Source of the DNA: a bacterium
GTDB lineage: Bacteria > Electryoneota > Electryoneia > Electryoneales > Electryoneaceae
Direction: 5' to 3'
Assembly (NCBI GenBank): GCA_963675295.2
Contig: CAXXKJ010000002.1
Coordinates: 4,000,001 to 4,064,000, forward strand
DNA length: 64,000 nt
The notes beneath the pieces were generated by a model. The model had not been told where the DNA came from and ran no database searches. It saw only the letters and a program-made list of their open reading frames with translations. Every line of letters starts with the position of its first letter. Within the stretch, counting starts at the first letter, position 1. A program made the translations under genes and the position numbers. Shown in pieces: positions 57,848-64,000 of the stretch.

Positions 57848-60151
57848 TTACTTCATCAGGGTGACCTTCTGGATCGCGTTCAGCTGACCCGGAACCTGGG
57901 CCTGGATGAAATACAGGCCGCTGGCGAGGTTGCTGGCTTCGAAGCTGAAGTTGTGCTGGCCGGCGGAGAACTGGCCGTTGGCCAACTGCGCAACCTGCTG
58001 ACCCATCACGTTGAACACGGACACCGTCAGCTCGCTCGTTTCCGGCAGCGCGATCATGATCGAGGTGCTCGGGTTGAACGGGTTCGGGTAGGCCTTGTTC
58101 ATTGCGTATGCGGTCGGCAGGGTCGCGGTCACGTTTTCATCCGAGGCAATCACGAAGTCAGACGCATCCCAGTTGTCAACGCCGTCCGCGGCAACACCGG
58201 TCTTCTCAAACATGAAGCTGTCGGAGACCTGCAGGTTCGGGTTGTTCGGGACGCCCGCGATACCGGTGAGGGTGTACATACCGGTCGGCGCGAAGCTCGG
58301 GATCGACTGGGTCTGGCCCGTCACGGTAACATCCATGAACGGAGTCAGGTTGAACGGCACGTTCGCCAGCGGACCGACGACGCTGCTGTTCGGCAGGGTG
58401 ACGAAAGTCTGATAACGCAGACCAGCCATCTGGGCCGGAATGGTGCTGACGAGCTGAGCATCGTACACCACGTCGCCGCCGGACGGCGGAATCACGGTGT
58501 TCGTCGGGGTCAGGGTCAGGGTCACCGGATCCGGCTCGACGCCGCCACCGGTACCATACAGCGCGAAGTCATCAATGGTCACGCCGGAGTAACCGTTCAC
58601 GGAGCTGTCGGTACCATGACGGAAACCAAAGACCACTTCCTGGCCTTCGTAACCGGCGAACTGCACTGTCACCATTTCCCACGCACCGTTGCTGCCGGTG
58701 AAGCCGGGGCCACCGTCAAGACCGGTAACGGTGTCATCCGGGTAGTCACCTTCCGGGGTCAGCAGCGTCCAGGTGGTGCCGCCGTCCGTGGAGATGTTGA
58801 CGCTGTAACCATCATAGCCGGATTCGTACTCGAACCAGTGGTAATAGGTCATGAACGCAGCCGCGCTTTCCACCGCGATCGGGGTGGACATCAGCATGAC
58901 ATCCTGGCTGTTGTTGTAGTCACCATCGAGGACCGTGCCCCAGGCGTAGTCGCCGGAGTACGCACCAATCGGATCAACCGTCGGCATGCCGTAGGCCCAG
59001 ACACTGTCCGCGCTGAACGGTTCGCCATCGGTTTCGAAGTCGGTGAAAAAGGTCTGAGCCGGAGTTTCGACCATGGTGAAGTTAAAGGTGTTGGTGCCCG
59101 AAACGAGGTCAACACTCTCCGGACCGAAGTCGAAGTAACCCGTAGCCGTCGCGGTCACAATCGTGGTCACCGAGAACAGGCCGGTGATGGTGTAGACACC
59201 GTCGGTGCCGGTGGTGCCAGTCATGCCGCCTGCTTCGACAATCGCGCCTTCAATCGGCATGCCGGTGTCGAAGTCGGTAACCGTACCGGTCAGTTCAGCA
59301 TCCGGTGTGACATCCGTCGTGAACTCAATCGCGAGGCCAGCGAACGGATAATCCAGCGGGTTGTCGAACAAGCTGGCTTCCAGCCAGATGGTCAGGTCAT
59401 CGTTAACGATACCGATGGTTTCGGCGTCGTCGTTCATCTCGAAGCCATCATCGAAGTTGTTGTACTGGAACACGATCGTGCCGTCTTCGTACAGAATGGT
59501 CTGGACGGTGCAAGTAACCTGATCCAGAGCGCCAGGATACGCCATCACGTTTTCGTAGGTCACGACGAACGCGTCCATGTCGTTCAGCGTCATCGCTTCG
59601 TAATAAATCTGGCCACCGTCGTAGTCGGTCTGCAGCGCAGGATCGAAGTCATCCCAGAAGAAGCAGAGCGCCGCGCCTTCGAGGTCCGTGTTGGTTCCCG
59701 GCAGAGCTTCGTTACCGTAGCTGGCATCGTCGCCCCAGTCATCAAAACTGATCACGCCGTTGGAGTGAAAGTACACTTCCGTGCGGTTGATGCCGTAGAA
59801 CGGGAAGGCAAAACCGAGGGTGTACGGGCCGATGTAGTCATCGTCGCCGATGTTTTCGATATCGGAAACTTCTGTACCGGTCGCGGTAATATCGATCCAG
59901 TCATAGACCGGGCCGTCCACTTCATCACTGTCCTTGAAAATGTAGCCGTAAGCATCCGGACCACCCGCGTGGTCGATCACGGGGGTATCGAAGTAATACT
60001 GGGACAGCATCTTGTGCTGCGCCTTGGTCACTTCATAGCCAGACTCGTAGGCATCAATTGCAGACTGCAGGTCAGCCTTGTTGATGTTCTCTGCAACGGC
60101 AAAGCTGGCAATGCAGAGAGCGAGAACCACCACCAAGAGTTTCTTCATCAC
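57848..60151 (-). CDS. Secreted multidomain protein (nidogen-like, carboxypeptidase-regulatory-like, cleaved-adhesin/InhA-like jelly roll, Ig-like, PNPFNP C-terminal domain)
   Basis: N-terminal domain highly similar to 55097..57466. YHWFEYESGYDG..ISTDGGTTW and AYPNPFNP. Confidence 0.85.
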   Translation of the reverse strand: MMKKLLVVVLALCIASFAVAENINKADLQSAIDAYESGYEVTKAQHKMLSQYYFDTPVIDHAGGPDAYGYIFKDSDEVDGPVYDWIDITATGTEVSDIENIGDDDYIGPYTLGFAFPFYGINRTEVYFHSNGVISFDDWGDDASYGNEALPGTNTDLEGAALCFFWDDFDPALQTDYDGGQIYYEAMTLNDMDAFVVTYENVMAYPGALDQVTCTVQTILYEDGTIVFQYNNFDDGFEMNDDAETIGIVNDDLTIWLEASLFDNPLDYPFAGLAIEFTTDVTPDAELTGTVTDFDTGMPIEGAIVEAGGMTGTTGTDGVYTITGLFSVTTIVTATATGYFDFGPESVDLVSGTNTFNFTMVETPAQTFFTDFETDGEPFSADSVWAYGMPTVDPIGAYSGDYAWGTVLDGDYNNSQDVMLMSTPIAVESAAAFMTYYHWFEYESGYDGYSVNISTDGGTTWTLLTPEGDYPDDTVTGLDGGPGFTGSNGAWEMVTVQFAGYEGQEVVFGFRHGTDSSVNGYSGVTIDDFALYGTGGGVEPDPVTLTLTPTNTVIPPSGGDVVYDAQLVSTIPAQMAGLRYQTFVTLPNSSVVGPLANVPFNLTPFMDVTVTGQTQSIPSFAPTGMYTLTGIAGVPNNPNLQVSDSFMFEKTGVAADGVDNWDASDFVIASDENVTATLPTAYAMNKAYPNPFNPSTSIMIALPETSELTVSVFNVMGQQVAQLANGQFSAGQHNFSFEASNLASGLYFIQAQVPGQLNAIQKVTLMK

Positions 60152-60537
60152 TTCTCCCTTTCACTGAGGTAAACTCGCGATTGTTTGACACAATCGCAAA
60201 CGAATTTTCCGGACAAATGTTAAACTATGATTCTCAAAATCACAAAGTCAATTCAATAACGCGATATCCCGAAAAGTTCCGAGAGAACAGAAATCCCGAT
60301 AAATCAGAAGTCACTGCCATAGAATACAAATAAATACAGGGGTTTGCAGTACATCCGCTCTCGGAGTTAGTGTGTGATCCAATTCGACAATGTAGGGATG
60401 GCTAACAAGAACTTGCCGGCCTCAGCGATAATCTCGCATGATTCACGAAAGGAAAACGACCGCGAGCGGGGAGCTCGCGGCCGTTATTGTCAGACAGAAG
60501 TCGGAATCTTTACGTCTATCCGGACCGATCATTCAGA

Positions 60538-62334
60538 TTACTTCATCAACGTCACCTTCTGCAGCTCGTTCAGCTGGCCCGGAACTTCGGCGCGGACAAA
60601 GTAAATGCCGCTGGCGAGGCTGCTCGCGTTGAACGTGAAGTTGTGCTCACCGGCGTTGAACGTACCATTCGCCAGGGTCGCAACCTGCTGGCCCATGACA
60701 TTGAACACGGTCACGTTCAGCTCGCTGGCCTGCGGCAGCGCGATGGCGACCGAGGTGCTCGGGTTGAACGGGTTCGGGTACGCGGCATTCATCGCAAAAT
60801 CGGTCGGCAGGCCGGACGTTTCAACGATGCTCTCGTCAGCGCTGATCTCCTGGCCTTCGATACCTTCCCAGTTCCAGCTGCCGGTGTTGGTACCGGTCGC
60901 CAGCTTCTCCATCGGGAAGGAGTCGCTGATGCCGATGAAGTTCGGGTAGTTACCGCCGTTAACGGCGATCGTGTACATACCCGCCGGAGCCATCGCCGGA
61001 ACGTTGACGCTGACGTTTTCGAAGAATAGCTCGACACCCGGCTGCAGGGTGACCTGAACTGGTGCCAGGTTAATCGTGTTGCTGTTCGGCAACGTCGCGC
61101 TGACCCACAGGTTCGCCTGGAACGGGTTGCCCAGGTTGTGGTGCAGGTGGACTTCAAACCAGATGTTATCGCCGCCCGCCGGAACTGTTACAGGGGCGTT
61201 GTACGGACCAACGTACATGTTCGCGATTTCATTCGGCTCTGCCAGGCTGAACCACGCCGGATCGAGACTGATTTCGAGGTAGCCATCGTTGTCGTAATCC
61301 GGCTCGAGGCCGTCCGGGGTCAGGTTGCGGTTGTCGAACGGACCACCGACCTGTTCCCATTCGACCGGATCGGCCTGATCGTTGTCGTAATCGATGAGGA
61401 ACTTGTAATCGAGCTGGTTGCCCGGTTCGAAGTCATCGAACTGGATTTCCGAGCTGTAGATCATCGATTCGCCGAGGCGTTCGATCGGGGTGTAGCCATC
61501 CCAGTTGCCGATTTCAGCGCGGCCGCCGCGGATGATGACGGCGTCCACATCCGGATCAAACACGCCGAGCGCTTCCTGCTGGGCCATGTTGACTCGGAAC
61601 GTGATTTCGTAGTTGGTTTGCACCGGGCTGTTGTTGTCGAACCAGACGACATCGAGATCGAGGTCGGCGTCAACGACTTCAACGCTACGGTTGTTGATGT
61701 TGTCTTCCCAGCCGACGTTGTTCGGATCGCCACCAAACTCGACGACGAACTTGTAGCCGTAGGTACCAGCGGCGAGATCGAGGGTCACGTCGTAGATCAG
61801 GTCCTGGTCGCCATCGGCCAGGTTGTCGCCGGCGCCCCAGCCATTGAAGTCGCCACGAATACCAACGGCATCCACGTTCGGATCGAAGTTGCCGAGGTTC
61901 TGCCATTCACTCATGTTCACGTGGAACGTGACCGCGTACGTTTCGACACCGGGCTGCTGATCATCGAACCAGACGGTGTCGAGCGTAATCGGATCGCCCG
62001 CGACCTCGACGGAACGGTCGCCGATGCTGCTTTCCCAGACGACATTGTCCGGATCATTGCCAACCCAGATGACGAATTTGTAGCCATACGTGCCGGCATC
62101 CAGATCGAGCGTGGTGGTGTAGATCATGTCTTCGTCCGGATCGACAAGACCGTCCGCACCCGCCCAACCGTTCATGTCGCCTCGAATACCAACCCCGTCC
62201 ATATCCGGATCAAAGTTGCCGAGGTCAAACTGGTAGGACATGTTGACGCTGAAGGTAACGTCGGTGGCGGTCGCGAGACCGGCAATAAGAAGAAGGGCCA
62301 TGACAGCCATTGCAGAACGAGAAAGAATTCTCAT
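60538..62334 (-). CDS. Secreted protein with three CBM20-like (starch-binding-like) repeats, Ig-like domain and PNPFNP C-terminal domain
   Basis: Three VTF.VNM...FDP..D.V.IRG..NGW...YKF..WE..NR repeats, AYPNPFNP. RBS gaggagg. Confidence 0.85.
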   Translation of the reverse strand: MRILSRSAMAVMALLLIAGLATATDVTFSVNMSYQFDLGNFDPDMDGVGIRGDMNGWAGADGLVDPDEDMIYTTTLDLDAGTYGYKFVIWVGNDPDNVVWESSIGDRSVEVAGDPITLDTVWFDDQQPGVETYAVTFHVNMSEWQNLGNFDPNVDAVGIRGDFNGWGAGDNLADGDQDLIYDVTLDLAAGTYGYKFVVEFGGDPNNVGWEDNINNRSVEVVDADLDLDVVWFDNNSPVQTNYEITFRVNMAQQEALGVFDPDVDAVIIRGGRAEIGNWDGYTPIERLGESMIYSSEIQFDDFEPGNQLDYKFLIDYDNDQADPVEWEQVGGPFDNRNLTPDGLEPDYDNDGYLEISLDPAWFSLAEPNEIANMYVGPYNAPVTVPAGGDNIWFEVHLHHNLGNPFQANLWVSATLPNSNTINLAPVQVTLQPGVELFFENVSVNVPAMAPAGMYTIAVNGGNYPNFIGISDSFPMEKLATGTNTGSWNWEGIEGQEISADESIVETSGLPTDFAMNAAYPNPFNPSTSVAIALPQASELNVTVFNVMGQQVATLANGTFNAGEHNFTFNASSLASGIYFVRAEVPGQLNELQKVTLMK

Positions 62335-62560
62335 GTGTACAACCTCCTCACTACGGGTTTTCCGATCGTGACGCCTATCCCCCGTCACGACTCATTGAGC
62401 ATAGCTAGTTTAGTCGATTTCGGGTCGAAACAGCAAGCGAATCCGTAGTAGCCCAAAAAATGAGAGTTGGGTTAGACCAATCCCGGTAGTGTTGAAAAAA
62501 CTGGAGTTCTGCTGCGGTTTGGATCGCTTGTGATTTTCGGTGCTCCAGTGGAGACTGGAG

Positions 62561-63805
62561 TCAGAACAACTGGGGTTGGTCGTCGAGATTTGCAAACAGG
62601 TCGAGGGTCAGGCTCAATTGCGGGGCGGACACCTTGCTCGCTCTCGACTCTGCCGCGGTCACGAGGTCGCGGTACGCGTCCGCGGGGAGGCGGTGCAACG
62701 GGTAGGTCGCGCTTCTTAGTCGGGTGCATTCGCGAACCACGCGCACCGGAATCTTGAGATCGAGTTCACGCCATTGCACCGGACGGGCGATCGGCCATGC
62801 GGCTTCGGTTTGAGTGGCTTCACCGGCGATTTTACCCCACGCGTAGACGTGCACCGGCGTTTCCTGTGCCGGCGTCCAGCCGTCCATTGCGATGATGCGG
62901 TCGCGTTCATGCATCACATGCAGGAACTGATCGGCGGTGGCGCGGACACGTGCCGCATCTTCGACACCGGAATACGTTTTCGCCAGGGCTTTCTTCACCG
63001 TGGCCAGATCGATGGTTTTCGACTTGCTGAAGCTGGCGGCGAGTTTCGGCCAACCGAGGTGCAGCGACATGTGCTGCAGCCAGAACTCGAATGCGAGGCC
63101 GTCCCGTTCCTCCATCCCCCATGCTGCCGGGCTCGGCTTGATCAGCCAGAAGCGGCGCTTGGGCAGGGATTTCAATGAACGGCGGGTCGCGCGTTCGAGT
63201 TTCGCCCGGCCCCGTTGCAGCATCGACAGCGCGGACCGTGCGTCTTTGCGTCGTGGGAATTCGTTGAGCCACGTACGCCACGCGGCGAGATCCGGTTCGC
63301 GGATGCCCTCGTCAAACCGGCGGTCGAAACTATCAGCGAAATCGGTGACACGCTTGATGTCGTCGGTGGATTGTACGATCGGGGCGTCGTCCCCGTTGAA
63401 TGCATCCCCGACGACGGCCAGCGCGGCGTCACGATCGGTCAACAGCAAGAAAAACGGGAACGGCCGTCCCGCGCTCAAGGACACGACATGGCGGGTTTGC
63501 TCCAGTTCAAGCAGTGCGTCGAGGGCGAGGCTGAGACCTTCATTCTCGACGGGATCGGCGGGTAGCAGCATGTGAAAGGTGAGGCGATCCTGGATCAGGC
63601 GGGCACGTTCGAGCAGCATGTTCCAGAAGAGTGCGTGCTGGCCGGGGGGCAGTGTCATGCGGACTTCCCGCTGGGATGCCTGCACCCGCTCCATCGACTG
63701 TGCCAGCCAATCGCCGTTCAACCTCGCCTCCGTCCATGAGAAACGAACGCCAGCAATATACGGCGTAAAGTCGCGTGGACAAACGAACCAGCGTTCCTGC
63801 CCCAC
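62561..63805 (-). CDS. Hypothetical protein (degenerate PLD-like N-half, PUA/EVE-like C-half)
   Basis: 414-codon ORF filling the gap between flanking genes. Domain guesses come from motif resemblance only. Confidence 0.7.
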   Translation of the reverse strand: MGQERWFVCPRDFTPYIAGVRFSWTEARLNGDWLAQSMERVQASQREVRMTLPPGQHALFWNMLLERARLIQDRLTFHMLLPADPVENEGLSLALDALLELEQTRHVVSLSAGRPFPFFLLLTDRDAALAVVGDAFNGDDAPIVQSTDDIKRVTDFADSFDRRFDEGIREPDLAAWRTWLNEFPRRKDARSALSMLQRGRAKLERATRRSLKSLPKRRFWLIKPSPAAWGMEERDGLAFEFWLQHMSLHLGWPKLAASFSKSKTIDLATVKKALAKTYSGVEDAARVRATADQFLHVMHERDRIIAMDGWTPAQETPVHVYAWGKIAGEATQTEAAWPIARPVQWRELDLKIPVRVVRECTRLRSATYPLHRLPADAYRDLVTAAESRASKVSAPQLSLTLDLFANLDDQPQLF

Positions 63806-63953
63806 GTTTCACCCGGTGAATGCTTCTCGGGCGTCGTACGGCTCACCGGGAGCTGATAATCTCCCTTGTTTGCAAACCTGTCCTTGGAATGCCTCCATTC
63901 CGGTACCATGTTTGAGAATTACGGGATGGTTTTGCTACGCACGGGAGGCCCTG

Positions 63954-64000
63954 ATGAAGAAACTGCTAGCGAGTGCTCTGTTCTTACTCTTGCCCGTCCT
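63954..64000 (+). CDS. 5' end of an exported protein (runs off the window)
   Basis: RBS gggagg followed by MKKLLASALFLLLPV. Confidence 0.6.
   Translation, partial: MKKLLASALFLLLPV

Overview
GC-rich bacterial chromosomal window. Seven proteins carry a PNPFNP (T9SS/FlgD-Ig-type) C-terminal domain and folB-folK-dNK are adjacent, which suggests an FCB-group lineage (inference). Housekeeping and metabolic genes include a partial TonB-dependent receptor, an SDR, dNK, folK, folB, pyrG, kdsB, tnaA, bacterioferritin, PhzF, sdhCDAB, MCC beta subunit, enoyl-CoA hydratase, two phosphate acyltransferases, methylmalonyl-CoA mutase A/B and a nucleoside phosphorylase. The window also holds signalling proteins and a large set of modular secreted proteins. 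Mobile DNA consists of a 544-bp IS200-type element and an AT-rich RAYT-type Y1 transposase, plus at least four families of palindromic (REP-like) repeats. Most notable observations: (1) two copies of an intergenic palindromic repeat sit in frame inside folK, with compensatory base changes; (2) the RAYT has distinct left and right hairpins, and miniature left+right derivatives occur elsewhere; (3) the IS200 element precisely splits a REP of another family; (4) a Cys-rich putative metal-sensing leader precedes a His-rich TonB receptor; (5) secreted paralogues share near-identical termini around divergent cores; (6) an unannotated protein combines a degenerate PLD-like region, a PUA/EVE-like region and a clamp-binding-like motif. 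No rRNA, tRNA or CRISPR array was seen. All family assignments come from motif recognition by eye, not database searches.
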